Part shown: one piece after another, positions 51,572-64,000 of the stretch
How positions within the stretch are numbered: position 1 is the stretch's first letter
Layout of the letters: each line of letters opens with the position of its first letter
Source: Marsupella aquatica
Lineage: Eukaryota > Plantae > Marchantiophyta
Direction of reading: 5' to 3'
Assembly: GCA_973895155.1 (NCBI GenBank)
Contig: OZ316894.1
Location: forward strand, 7,588,234 to 7,652,233
Length of the DNA stretch: 64,000 nt
Position numbers and translations under genes: made by a program
The notes under the pieces: generated by a model
What the model was told of the DNA's origin: nothing
Databases searched by the model: none
The model's input: only the letters and a program-made list of their open reading frames with translations

Positions 51572-51901
51572 GAAGGTGGCTTTACAAGAAGTTGGGGCCA
51601 CCTGTGACCTTTGTTCACTGAACTTGGGGCCACTTTTTGTTCTAACCATAGACGTGAAAGAAAGTTCAATCAATGCAAACGCCTTGAATGCAGGAGCCAA
51701 AGTTGGAATAGTTTGGACCACCTCTGGTGGTGGTCTAAAATTTCTAGACAAAATAAACACTTCCCATCAGTATTAAGTAGAGCCCATTGCTTGCCATTGG
51801 GTGATCCCTGTTCTTGTAAAGCCAAGATTCACTTATGATACTGTCCAGACCCTTAGAGAGAACACGAAGTAGACAAGGCCCAGGTCTTGTAAAGCCACCC
51901 C
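51572..51901. mobile_element. Tourist-like (PIF/Harbinger) MITE
   Basis: TIR core GGTGGCTTTACAAGA at both ends; TTA TSD in a CAC-TTA-GAG context, matching the PIF/Harbinger CWCTTAGWG preference. Same family as 1083-1632. Confidence 0.75.
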
Positions 51902-53169
51902 TTAGAGCCAATTGGAAATCATCAAGCTGCATGCCTTTTAACGGGGAAAAGCTCGTGTCCCTGGGATTCTCCTCAATTATTTTGGATGTAATTTGTGTGT
52001 GATTTGAGGTTTTTCCTTTATGCATTCCTGCATTTCCGGCATTGTCGATTGTCTTCCTGCTAAAGAATAGTTTTTAAGCCCTCCTCCATGCACTTCCGCC
52101 TTTACAACTCGTGACTCCTGTGTTCCTTTCGAAGCCTAAAGCAAATATTTCGGGTGTCGTTTCTGTATGATTGAGTATCTCCTTCATCCACTCCTGCCTT
52201 TACACATTATTATCCCTGGGTCCCTTTAGAGGGCTTACTTTGTGGACTCTGCTTCTTAATTGTGGCAACAATTTTGTTATCTGTGGCCCCATGCTCAACA
52301 ATGTCCACCAGCATCACCTATGGCTGAAACTAGTCCAATCGTTGTCACGTTCTTACTGCAAGTGAGGTAGATGCCTGATGGACCCCAAACCACAGTTGTC
52401 TCTCCAACCAACCCCATGAGGTTTTAAGTGGGTTGATTTATTGTCTCTCAAGGTCTGTCGGCAGCATGGATCACTCATGGGCATGAAGTAACACTTTTCA
52501 TTGTGGGGGTCAATCAAGCATATACCTCCACTTATATTAGCTAGACAAATACATTCAAACCATAACTACTGTGTGTGAACATATGTGGCATTCCAGTTAC
52601 ACCAAGATGCAAACCCCTGAAATAAAATAATGTTATTTGAATAGTGAACCATGATAGCGAAATGGTTGAGTTGAGGAACCAAGGAACCCAGAAGAGACAT
52701 GCCTGTCCTGAAGTTTGATCTCCAGGAGTTCACGTAGTCCAAACATCTTTGGGGTTGTCTAAGTAGAAGGTGGGACAAGGTGTCATAGGGGGAAAGCAAT
52801 AAATGTCAGAATCTTAAACCTTTCAGTCAGAATGTGGGCGTACTGACATCTACTATCTTCGACAAATGTGCTGTTCATTTCTCTATATTTGGCCACTTCA
52901 AAAGTTCTCCAACCCGGAGGCAGATAAAACTCGCGTTAAATCAAAGATACACGAGTGATCACATGGATGCAAAGAGCGCACTGTGTATGTTACATGAAGT
53001 TTTCGCAGGAGTCAGGAGCAGAGGTTGGGCTTCAATGAAAAATCAACGATTAGCCCCATACATCTGCTTTGGAACACCTCCATGGGCCCATGATTTGCTC
53101 TGAAGTCGTAACCCACGAACTTCCCCATCTCCTCGAAATGTTTACGTTCTGCTCTGGAGGGAGAGAATA

Positions 53170-54150
53170 AAGAGCCAAAGCTCGCCTGCGAACCTTCTTG
53201 ACAAACTCCGTCAATACTCCACGATTTGTAATTGTTGCTACACCTTCAAGTCTGGGTTTTCTCGATCATTATATATATCTGTAGTCAATAATCGAAATTC
53301 TCGAGATCATTCAATGACGACCACGTGTTTAATTGTCGTAGAGTTAGGTTTATATTGGGAAAACTGGACAACAAGAAATGCTGACCGACTAAGCCATGTG
53401 ACCATCATCAACCACCTTTCCTGTTCAAAACATTCAACACTGCAAAGAAGTTATTATATTTGTTACAGAGATTGTGGCCAATGTTGGGGATTGTCTATAC
53501 CGCATGCAGCAACATTTGGAAACCAGCACTCCACCATCATGCTGGAAAGTTCAAAATATCTCTCCTCGCTCGTCTACAGATATCTCCCTATGATAAGGAA
53601 AAGAGCAATTCACTGTTTCTTAAGAGCCCTTAAAATCGCGTCTACCGCATCTACGCTTTTGGCAAATACCATTGTCGAGTGGTGATAGCTCTCTGATCAC
53701 CCGCAGCTACATGACCTTCTGGAATAGCCTCGAGACGAAGCTGAATCATCGTATCCTGAAAGATTTCCACCCATCTCTGCTTATATCCTGCGAATGGCTC
53801 AACCCACAACAAGAAGGAACGATCAGCTCTTCACCATGCAATGGTCATAGTCACCACTAAGCCTCAATTTGAAAGATAATTATGAGGCTCCTCCGACAAA
53901 AGTACTTACCTACCGGGTCAGGGGAATGACATAATTAAGGGTACGGTGTCCACTTTCTCGTAGGTCCTGATTGTTTTATTAATAACACCAGGTTTTGTTT
54001 TTGGTTTTGTTAAATTACAGCAGTTAGATTATGTTAAAAGGAGTAGATATAAATCTTGGGTTGTCGACATGATTGTACCGCATTTCAGCTCACGGTCTTC
54101 GCTTCTGGCGATTAGCGCGTCACAAGTGCACCAGCAGACTTATTGCAATC
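53170..54150 (-). pseudogene. Decayed, intron-retaining DEAD-box RNA helicase fragment resembling plastid RH22
   Basis: Across frameshifts and stops it reads NKSAGALVTR*SPEAKTVS*N / KQRWVEI / TMVFAKSVDAVDAILRAL / YHREISVDERGEIF*TFQHDGGVLV / AACGIDNP-NIGH / EFVKKVRRRA. This is colinear with the RH22 C-terminal half as recalled (KTAGG..., KWVEV, TMVFANTVEAV, YHK...DER, GGVFVCTDAAARGVDVPNV). Confidence 0.75.
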
Positions 54151-54899
54151 ACATGATCCAGCAAAGCTTCTCCTCGATCTCTTTGCAACATGATGGCATA
54201 AAGTTGTATTGGGACACAAAACCAGCGAATAAGTTTGCAGAATACGATTGGGTCTGCCATCTGTTTCTCGAGATTCTGAGCCTCCCTCCGCTTCCTCACT
54301 GTTCTTTCAAAGATGCCAAATATGCATGAGTCTCAGCCGGAACAATAACGTCTTCCCCATTCAACATAGCTCGGATACTTGCAGCCTGCAGGAATTCGCA
54401 TAATTATACATTCGTGAAAATTCGAGTGTTTTTCATTTAATTGAAAATCCGCACAACAAAACATAATAACGCCGTAGTTCCTAGATAGATGGCAAAAACC
54501 TCGGAGCAGGGAAAGCTGCGAAAGATTAGCCCTCACAAGGCTACCAGAAGCCTCAGAGGAGATCATTTTACCTAGCTGACATTACACACAGTAGGACAAG
54601 GATGGCTGCAAGTGAACAGCTCCTACAAAGGTATGAGAACCTCACTATGATTACTTTTCCTAACTGACAATTCACACAACAGAACTTAGAATCCCATCAT
54701 TCCTTTCGATGGGCACTGCACAGCACCTGGACGAGAGATGGCTGCAAGTCTTTCGTGCTTAGAAAGGCAGCATAAACTTCAGCTGAGAGCCCCAGCTAGC
54801 TACAAGTCGCTAAACATTATCCCAAAACTCCAGCTATTACTCACAGCACGTGATTGTGCACGACCACCAGCTTTATATGTATATACATACAAGATTGCC

Positions 54900-55040
54900 T
54901 TAGAAAACACGAGCCAAACCAGGAGACAAGACCCAAAGGCCAGAGCCCAAATAAAGGGGAGAAAGGATCTCAAAGGCCTGGGACCAAATCAAGGGGAGAA
55001 GCCAAGGGAAAAACCCAAGAAAATCACAGAGCCAAATAAG
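54900..55040. repeat. Dispersed repeat related to ~240-340, ~41310-41390 and ~63830-63880 (inverted)
   Basis: Shared pyrimidine-rich core ttggctct.tgg.tttct.ggg.ttttccc.tg.ttttctccc...attggg. Confidence 0.5.
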
Positions 55041-57100
55041 CTTGATATCCGTTGCTGGTCTCAGGTGGCACAAAATGGGCGCTCTAGAAGAATCACTTAG
55101 ATTTTATGAATTGCAAATGGCCACTGGTCCGTGGAACCCTTTTTTCACAATGGTTCATGGAATTCTTTATGACTCATTGTGCAGAGCTGTGTGCACAGTT
55201 CAGTTTTGATGATAGCATATTGCAATTGTGAAATGGATCGTATTTGGATTTTCCAAAATCCAGTAGACTTCAATAAATATTGGGTCTTCTACAAGTTGAA
55301 ATTGGAATTTTAAAGGTATAGTGGTCACACAATAATTTTATTGTACTCTAGGCCAGTTGGCGACACTGAGTGTTCATAACATAGGCTCTCACTATCTCTC
55401 AACTGGCTCAGTAAATCATAATTCTTAGCCTGTCCTTAAAACTATTTTAATCAAGAACCTGCCTCACAGTTCATCTATGGGTACTGGGTCAACTAGGATG
55501 ATCTGAGGTAACATTTCATTTATCCACCTGGTTCCTTTGCATACCCTAGTCCCCATACCCCTGCCAGGCCTCCCTACCTCGTAAAAGTAACACAGTTAGT
55601 TGAATAATGTTTCAATGCAGTGAAACAGAGGTAGTCCAGTCAGCTCTCACTAAGTGCACACTTCCCAGAAGCATTCATCAATGAGAGCACACCCCAATGA
55701 CAACTCTCAGGCTAAAATGCCTTGACTCTGTCAGTCAACATTCTAGTGAATTCCTTCCTAGATTGTGTAGTACATCCCTAAGTATCCTAAATCTCATCCC
55801 TGGGTCATCCCCTACTAACCTCATAAGTGCACTTTTCCCCTACTTCAAAGCAACTTGCACTTATCAATAAGTGTAAGTCAAAGGAATTGTGTGCTTCCCA
55901 TAGGAGTTCATAGACCCCTTATAGAGGATTAATTTTGCACTTATATATTTGTTGTTTATTGCAGCCATCTTTGTAAGTATGTAATGCCATTCCTGATTTC
56001 CTCTTTGTAATTATTGTTTTTTTATAAAGAGAATGCACAGTCCAGATTTGGATTCATGAAGCATGATGAAACTGATCTACTTTTGATAAAAATAGAAAAT
56101 AGCTTAGGCTTTTAAATGAATTGATGCCCCTTTAGCAAGGCATTATGGGTAAGAAGAGCCCCTCAAAACTACACTTACATCCCTCCTTTAGGGGGGCAAT
56201 ATGGTCTACAATGTCCTGCTACCAGGACTTACTTTATTCAAAGAGGTCACACTAAGCTGACATTCCCTTTTTGACAATATGGTGTATACTAATACTTTTC
56301 ACAATATGGTGTGGCCAAATTTCATCACAACAAGTGAACTCTGTTCTAAGAAAACTGCAAATTAAAGAAAAATGGTCAGACAGAAGCCTTGCAACTAGCC
56401 AGGGTTTGTAATGGAGTGTGCACTTAGCAACAGCTGACTCCGGGAGGAGGAGGGACCCAAAACCACCCGCAGTTTTGGTATTGGATATTAATATTACTTC
56501 ATTAAATAAAATATGTTATTCAATGACATACTTCTTATTTTTTTAGTAATAGGGACCTGTTTAGATCTCAAATTTAATGGCCTAGGAAAACTAATAGCTG
56601 GCAGAGGGTGGTATGTTCGATTTTGATATCATGGTGGGTTCAGATTTCCATCTGTGTTTTTTTTTTCTAGTTTTTTATTCTGCCTGGAAAAAATTATTTG
56701 AAATCTTACTAATAATTAGCAAATGGAAGCTATTGCAAAGGCCTATGGGTCTAGAGTGAAGCCTCTAGATCATGATTCTACTCTAACTCCTCTAACTCAC
56801 AAAACACAACATAAACCCAAACAAACCCAAACAGCTAGGAATAGTTTTTTGTGCAACTACCTTTCCGGTTCAAGGAACGGGTAGTGAAGGCTATTCATCC
56901 AAACAAATGTTTTTCTAGGTTCTTCCTGTTTAGGAGATGATACGCATTGCCGTTTCCCTAGACTTATTACCAGACCGCCTAAACGAACACTTTCTCCCTC
57001 TAGTTGCGTTCTCTGTTCTCGAACATCGTCCTGGACGGATGTTACATTTGGCAATTCGACTCAATCGTGCTCTGTTTCTTCGATCGATCTCGTCAAAGCC

Positions 57101-57745
57101 ATGAGCTCGCCGCCGGTTCATCGAGGAGGCGATGTCGCCAGCAGCAGCAGCAGAAAGAAGAAGCAGAATTCCCCGTCGTACCTCCTCGCGACACTCACAG
57201 GGCTCCTCTGCTCGAGCTGCTGCATCGTCCAACTCGTCCTGAACGCGTTCTCCATCTCATGTGCGGGCTTCTCCATCCTCAACCCTTATCGACCTTTCTT
57301 CCTCTGTCTCAGCATCGGCGTGATCACGACCAGCGCCTGGGAGTACGGGCTGTTCACCCGTCGCACGCTCACGACTCTCCTCATCGCTGGCATGCTCTCG
57401 GCTTCGCCCGAGGTCGTCCAGATCTACAACGAGGGTGGGGCTGAGTCCTTCAAATGGCATAGTGCGGCGAGAACCGGCGAATTGGCGGTGTTTGAGCTCG
57501 AGATGACCGGTTTGTCATGTCAAGCCTGTGCCAATAGTGTGAAGCTCCAGATTGAGAAGCAGGAAGGGGTGGACCGGTGCGATATCTTTCTCGAGGAGAT
57601 GAGAGCGGTGGTCCGATCTCGGCCCGGGACTTTCAAGGATGAGGCTCAATTGGAAGCGTTGGTGGTGGCTGCTGGAAGTAAGTATCGGGGCAAGGTGGTG
57701 AAGAGGTATACCGTGCCAGTCAGCGGTGTCGCTGAGGAACATTAG
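57101..57745 (+). CDS. Intronless MerT-like membrane domain + C-terminal HMA (MerP-like) domain; MerTP-like heavy-metal transporter, 214 aa
   Basis: TM1 carries a vicinal Cys pair (LLCSSCCIVQLVL). LNPYRPFFL matches the MerT L-x-PYRP-x-F signature. Two further hydrophobic helices follow, then the HMA motif FELEMTGLSCQACANSVKLQIEKQEGV. Confidence 0.85.
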   Translation: MSSPPVHRGGDVASSSSRKKKQNSPSYLLATLTGLLCSSCCIVQLVLNAFSISCAGFSILNPYRPFFLCLSIGVITTSAWEYGLFTRRTLTTLLIAGMLSASPEVVQIYNEGGAESFKWHSAARTGELAVFELEMTGLSCQACANSVKLQIEKQEGVDRCDIFLEEMRAVVRSRPGTFKDEAQLEALVVAAGSKYRGKVVKRYTVPVSGVAEEH

Positions 57746-59846
57746 AAGCTTGAACTCTAATTTTCTGAATCTTGGAAGCAACTTGAAATATTGTGGACCA
57801 CTTGCATATCCTTGGAGAGGATTTGATTGTCAGTATTAGATGTCAATTCGATTGTCCTGGAGTTTAATCATTTCTTACAATCGAACTGTATCGACATCTA
57901 TGACTGAGATACAATTTTCCCTCCCACTTTTCATGGAGAGGGGCGATTCTTGAGCCCGATTAGAAGCAGCTTAAACACGGAGGTAATGATGAATGCATCC
58001 ACTCAGTGAGATTGGATTTTGACAAAGCAGTGTATGAAAGTTTGCGATGCTCACACAAACATTGATAAATATATGGTGTGGCCCATCACCACTACACATG
58101 TACATAGACTTCCTGGACACACGAGGTGAACCAGGCAAGGGGAGACTTTCTGTGGAAAAATAAATTTGTCTCGACTTCGTTTTTGTTCGAAGTTTGGAGA
58201 CGTTAAAAGTAAGCACTAAAAAATTCAATCTCGTTAACTCGAAATTCACTCTTTTGTTTGGTTGGATTGGGAAGTGTAATCACGGCCAATAGTGTTGTTG
58301 GATTAGTGTGATTCAAGATGTTTTTAGATCAAGTTCAATTAACAACGGACAGTATATACTCACCGTAGTTGATAGGCTAGTTAATGGGAGAATATTGTGA
58401 CCAGCCGTGATCATCGTAACATGTTCACTAACCTCGATGGAAATTGTTGAAACCCTCGATGGAAATTGTTGAAACTGTTGCCAGACTGTCTAAAATTGAA
58501 CAAACCTTCGTTTGGAATAAATTGAACAAAACTTGAGCACGTGAGAAGCACAACGTACTGATGAGGTTAGTACTCCAGGACCGAGGAAAATCGAGCAAAG
58601 ATAGCAATATTGTGAATTCTCCATTGTTTGGCTGACAGAGTGATCGAGCCCTCTGGACACCCTCAAGCGCTACGAAGTTGTGACGCAACAATTCAGATTC
58701 AGTATCAAGGGAGTAGATTTGTCGACAGAATAGGTGACTCCACCTTCAAACATTATCGCTTTCTGTCTACTGGACAAAATGGTTTAGTTCAACATGGTAT
58801 GGAAAGTGCAATGGTAGGCAAACATGGCAGACGCGGACCAAGCTGCAGATTGCAGATTGTTCCATTGACAAGAGAGGACCTACGGTAGATCAAGACACTC
58901 AGAATTCTGGACTTGCAGATTTCCGTTTATTGCATATATCGAACATGGAATGTCGAAAGAAGCATTGAACAACAACAGCCTCTTTTGCAGGAAAGTTAAC
59001 ATCAACCCAGGCCAGCTCCGGTCCAAAACTTCCCTGGATTGAACGCCGCACAGCCGAACTGCTGTAGGTCTTCGACAAACGATGATAATGCAAAAGAGAT
59101 TAGACGAAAAAGGCCTTACGAACATCGCCGGATATAGCAAGTTTTCTGGATCGATCAGTGGGGCTGAGTTGACGTCTAAACTCATGCTTCTTGCCATGTT
59201 AGGGTACATTGAATTCAATCATCATTCTACAATGGTTTGAAGCCCACAAAGCATCACCATTGAAAATTCTGCTCCTAGGATTCGTCAACAACCTCAAGGG
59301 GGACACACTAAAACCTACGTCACCCTCTATCTGACGCTGCAGTTCTCTTCGTGGCGAGAGAAACACTAAACCCAAAAATTGTAGTACAACGTGGAGTTCA
59401 ATACAAATGCGTGTCTGCATGTATCAATCCTCTTTTTGGTGCCCAACCGACAAACAAGCTCAAGACCATTTCACAACCCAACCGACAAACGAGCTCAAGA
59501 ACGATGTCCACAAAGGAATCAGCTACATGGAGCTTGGATTCAGTTGAGGTCTCAAACCAGCTCATTTCCAGAGGTTTCCCTTGAATGACTAAAATTTTCA
59601 CTTGACCAAAATGCTGAAGGCTGGGTACGTTAAAGACGAAGAATCTGCACTCGGGCAGTTAGTGCATCTGTGTCCGCACCAAAATCAGGTCTATGCAATA
59701 TGCAGCGGCGCCTATCAAGACTCATCCATGCTCATTCGAAAATCATCAGCACCCAGTTGACTTGTAGGAGCTTGTTGAAACCCATCTCAAACCAAAAACC
59801 TTCTGGATTAAGTTAGCCCGACAGATGGGTTAAGGTTGCAGACGTG

Positions 59847-59954
59847 GATAGCTAGTGACAAAAGAAACAATATGCCAAGTTACCTGGGTACAAACATTCC
59901 GATAGCTAGTGACAAAAGAAACAATATGCCCAGTTACCTGGGTACAAACATTCC
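59847..59954. repeat. ~53-bp tandem duplication
   Basis: gatagctagtgacaaaagaaacaatatgcc.agttacctgggtacaaacattcc occurs twice. Confidence 0.9.
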
Positions 59955-60614
59955 ACTTAAAGCACATGCTAACAATTTGGGTCGGAATCATAACGAACCT
60001 CAGATCTAAATATAGAAACAAAAATCTTCCGATGACTGATAGTTTTCGCCTTGGATCCAAGGAATCGTGGTGAAAAGTTACGCCGTAATGACTTGGCAAT
60101 GAGGGACACTGCCAATACTGTTAAGGAGAGGAGTTGTCAAGTTACTGTACGCATATGAGATTGAGAATCTACAGCATCGGGATTCCCCCAAAATGAGAAA
60201 TGAATCTGCAGCTGCTGCTTGTGTTGATAGAAGTCTCCAGGCACCGCTTCAGCTCAACCAAACTTTGTATCTTACAATGAAACTACTTTTCGAGAGTAGA
60301 AAAGACAAAGAAGCTAATCGCAACAATGGCCTCGGGACAGACTGATCGATGGGCAGGAAGTCAAAGCAGTGAGTTACGCGGCAGTAATGATGAAATGGGA
60401 GACAAGGATGGCTGTAGACCTGCAGATCGAGAGGATCGAGGAGGGCTTGGATGGATGCAGAAGCCAGTATGTCGCCATATATAACAAATTGTAGAAATTC
60501 TCAAAACATGCAGGATGTGATCGATAGCTGCATAGGTTTTCAAGATATGCCAACCAGGAGTACCTGCCAGTCAAGGCTTCACCTTCTCTTCCAGAAGAAC
60601 TTACCATCGATTGC

Positions 60615-61057
60615 CAGGCTTGGTTCTGGCAATATTTCCCAAACTCGGTAATGCATTCTAGAAGCTCAATTTGTCGTGAGGTTTCGACATCAACGCTGGT
60701 ATCCATGCCAACTGCAAATCTGAGCCTTCAGTTCGAATCGGTCAGTCACTGTATGGCACTCGATCAACAGTCTTGGAGTGTTGGTGAGAAGTTTGACGAC
60801 TGGTACCGAAATGACAGTTTTCGGAATTAGTTTTCAGTGGACTAGAAAGGCTTGGTTTTGGCAAATTTTCGCAAACTTGATAATGCATTCTGGAAGTTCA
60901 ATTTCTCGTTTGTCATCGATCAAGGCTTATATCCATGCCACCAGAATCTGAGTCTGAGTTCAGTTCCCAATCAGTCAAGTCACTGTGTGGCAACTCGATC
61001 AGAGTCTCGGACTCTTGGTGACAAGCTTGATGTTCACTGGTACTGAAATGACTGTTC
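60615..61057. repeat. Old diverged tandem duplication, ~230-bp period
   Basis: ggcttggtt.tggcaa...aaact.g.taatgcattct.gaag.tcaattt...atccatgcca...agtcactgt.tggca...ctggtac.gaaatgac occurs twice. Confidence 0.7.
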
Positions 61058-61240
61058 TGAAGCGGGTTCAGTGGATGAGTGAGATGGAGGCCGCGGTCCT
61101 GGTGGATCAAGAAAGCTTGTCAGTTACTAGAGCAGCTAGAGACTTCTCCGAGTAGCCAATCCTTCTATGCAGACAGGCAATTATAATTATAAGGGCTGTG
61201 CACCTTGTAAATTCGTCGACCAGTGGTCAGCGTTCTTCAC

Positions 61241-63522
61241 ATGGAACTTCTGGAATCAAGACGGATCGCCGATAACCAGAAAACCAGATTGCGTGAACGA
61301 CTCCAATCGCGGCGGGTGGTGGTGGTTGTGGATGCAACGATAGAGCTCAAGCTGACGGCCTTGCGGTACGCTCTCGAGAATTTTGTCAGGCCCGCAGATA
61401 AATTGTCCCTCCTTGGAATCCTTCATCCGTGTTGTTGTTCAGGTACTTTATCCCAGGCCGTACTTAGCAGTCCGTCCACGTGACTGAGCATGTTTCAAAT
61501 TATTTGGGGTAATCTTGGCTTCCTATTGCATTTGATTCAAGATTGTGAGGATTTCGTTTCAACCGACCTATCAAGCACTTCATTCTGACATAACCAATTT
61601 CCCAGAACGTAGCTCATGCATTGTTATCTAATTAATTATATAGGTCTGTCACATTCCTCCTAATTGCCACCTGCAGTGGATGACGAGCAGAAGGGAGACC
61701 ATGGACCCAAATTCGACGGGAATGTGAAGAATGTCGTAACAGAGGCGATTTGGAAGAAGTATGTTGAGTTCCGTAAGATTATTACAGAGAAAGAGATTTA
61801 CCCGTTAGTCCTCTTGAAACAGGTGAGTGCTCAGTCTATCTACCTGTCGAGCTCATGTCTGGAATGAGAGAACGCCCAGACACGTAGCAACGCTTCGTGC
61901 CTCCATTCCAATATATCTTAGCTTGCATTTACAAACCCTAAATCACATGTTTTTGGGCGATATTACTTCATCGAGATATTGGAACAACGAGGAAAAATTG
62001 TTTCGTCTACGCTGCCAGGAACGCACCAAAACGAACGACGTGCACTAACTGAACGAATTCTCATCAGCTGCTGCATGCAGGAGCTAGGTTTTTCTATTGA
62101 AATTTATATGTCAAATGCGCGCAGGTAATTTTCGAGATACAAATTGCCACTGGGCCGGACCGAAAAGTGGTGATGGCAAAGCAGGCGGTGGAACTCCAAG
62201 GTTCATGGGTTATTCTCGACAAGTACGTCCCCTAGCCTGGGCCTGTGTTTGGTCGAACGTTACCTCTCTTATCATAGTCAAATGCACATATAGCCTGGCT
62301 AAAATGAAATTATTGAACAGATGAGAGAATAGGCCCATTAAGTACCTGGGATGGATCACAATTCAAGTTGCTCTGATCATGCTTTTGGCCAACACAAATT
62401 ATCACTTTGGAGGGACCAGCTAGATCCATACTGCGTTGTGGTGTCACCTAATTCTCAAACATCAGTATGAGCCTGGAACGCTCTTCATCGGACTGTTTAA
62501 CCGTATCAATTTTAATCAACGAGAAACAATTATTCTGAAAACTTTCGAAGTAATTGGTGTTGGTTCACAGTTGGTCCTCATTTTCTTGTTGCCACAAACG
62601 AACGGTCCCCTATGCAAATCTTGCTGAATTAAAGAACAGCTCAAAATAATGTGTGGCATTGTATATTCAGAAATCCTCCAGTGAGCGCTAATCTTGTCTG
62701 TGAAAATTAGGTGTTCCTGGAACTAAATCTGTGCATAGTGATTTGGGGTCGTAGTAAGGAAACTCTCTTTTGGTCGCTGGGATGTAAGATGGGCGGTGGG
62801 GGGTCAGAATCTTATTCGCTTACACTTCTGCGCTCAGTGCACATATATCTCCTCCGCTTATTTAAACGCGTGCTGACCAACTTGTGCTCGATCAATCAGT
62901 AACCTCGAACAGTTTTAATGAACAGATTGCTAATTATGAAGTTTCGATTTTTGCTGCTGGGTCTGGTGCTTCACAGGGATCTGAGAAGGGACAAGGCATA
63001 TCTCATGAAGCAACTGAACTGCAACGTTGTACTGATGAAGTCGAGAAGTGAAGCTACAATCATTAAGCTTGAGCTTCCTGAACAAGGTAATTCATCGAGT
63101 AATTACCACGTAGAATCGCTCCAGGGAAAATTTGTGACGCCGCTACGAATAGTTGATTCAATTCTCAGAAGACCACGTGAAACATCCGTTTTCGATGAAG
63201 CGCGATGCGCGATGTAAGAGCTCAACTGTACTATGATTGTACAAAGCTCAGATCCGGAGAATCTGATGCAACATGATCTCTAAGATCTGGATTGAACACA
63301 AAGTAGTATGACGGGATTCATTAGCGAGGCAACGCTTGTTGTGAACAACTGTGAACTTGCTTCTGTGCAGAAAATCCCAATGTGCTCGAGTGGAAGAAAA
63401 GATGGAGGACTGCTGTTGGAACAGCTCGAGCGTTGCGAGATTTACACGAAGAGTATGGTGTCGGTTGCACTGTACATCGCGATGCGGACAATACTGCGGT
63501 CTCGTGTGAAGTTCTCCCACTG
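61241..63522 (+). CDS. USP (adenine nucleotide alpha-hydrolase-like) domain receptor-like cytoplasmic pseudokinase, 5' part; exons 61241-61442, 61677-61822, 62125-62222, 62977-63086, 63371-63522; may continue beyond the window
   Basis: USP domain: RRVVVVVDAT...TALRYALENFVRPADKLSLLGILH...WVILDKDLRRDKAYLMKQLNCNVVLMK. Kinase subdomain VI: LEWKKRWRTAVGTARALRDLHEEYGVGCTVHRD. This is the plant USP-RLCK 'inactive protein kinase' architecture. Confidence 0.8.
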
Positions 63523-64000
63523 GTACGCACTACTGTTGTTTTCTTCCATAGTCTTTGTCCATCCAGCTTCGTTTCTACGTTGCCGGACTTCAAATTGCTT
63601 GTCGAGGGTGGCTGTGTGACGGGAAAACCAAACAAGGACTTCAATCGGGAATCGTCCACTCTTGTCAATGGCCATGTTTGTTGTTTCCGGGGTTGTTTGT
63701 TTTGGTTTTAAAGTTGGTGCGGGCCCAATAAATCTCATTTACAAGGAGACCTCTTGAAGTGAATCTTCCATCGTTGAATAGTTCTCCTCCAATTCTCTCA
63801 ATGCCTCTTACAAGGGGTTTGTCACTAGTTTTCTCACCAATATCCTTTATTGGGTTTCCTTCCCTTGGGATTCTGTCTCATTTAGAACTTTTGGTTCTTT
63901 GACAATTTGGTACATATCTTAGGACGCCACCGTGTTGAATATTTCTTCTCAAACCTCTGATAATGAATCTTAAATATAGTAATTAGTTTCGTGGACCCCT

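Noticed and set aside
58880-59760. Possible LINE or other TE protein remnants
   Set aside because: No diagnostic RT, endonuclease or intact zinc-knuckle motif.

Overview
Eukaryotic plant DNA, with GT-AG introns and plant gene families. Gene content and style suggest a non-seed land plant such as a liverwort or moss (inference only). Genes reconstructed by hand: a LURP-one-related (LOR) gene, a chalcone isomerase-like (CHIL) gene, a small predicted plastid single-TM protein whose intron holds a pre-miRNA-like hairpin, and three 4-exon family-1 UDP-glycosyltransferases. Two UGTs end their PSPG box in His and one in Gln. Further along are a 133-aa ORF ending in a CLE/TDIF-like motif, a decayed RH22-like DEAD-box helicase, an intronless MerT-like membrane + HMA (CxxC) fusion resembling bacterial MerTP, and the 5' part of a USP-domain pseudokinase. 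Intergenic DNA holds a truncated Copia element with a nested hAT-type MITE, Tourist-like MITEs, a tandem TRIM with tRNA-like LTRs, hairpins and many short tandem duplications. The most notable candidates are the MerTP-like metal transporter in a plant, the His/Gln UGT cluster beside CHIL, and the tRNA-carrying TRIM. All assignments come from motif recognition; no searches were run.
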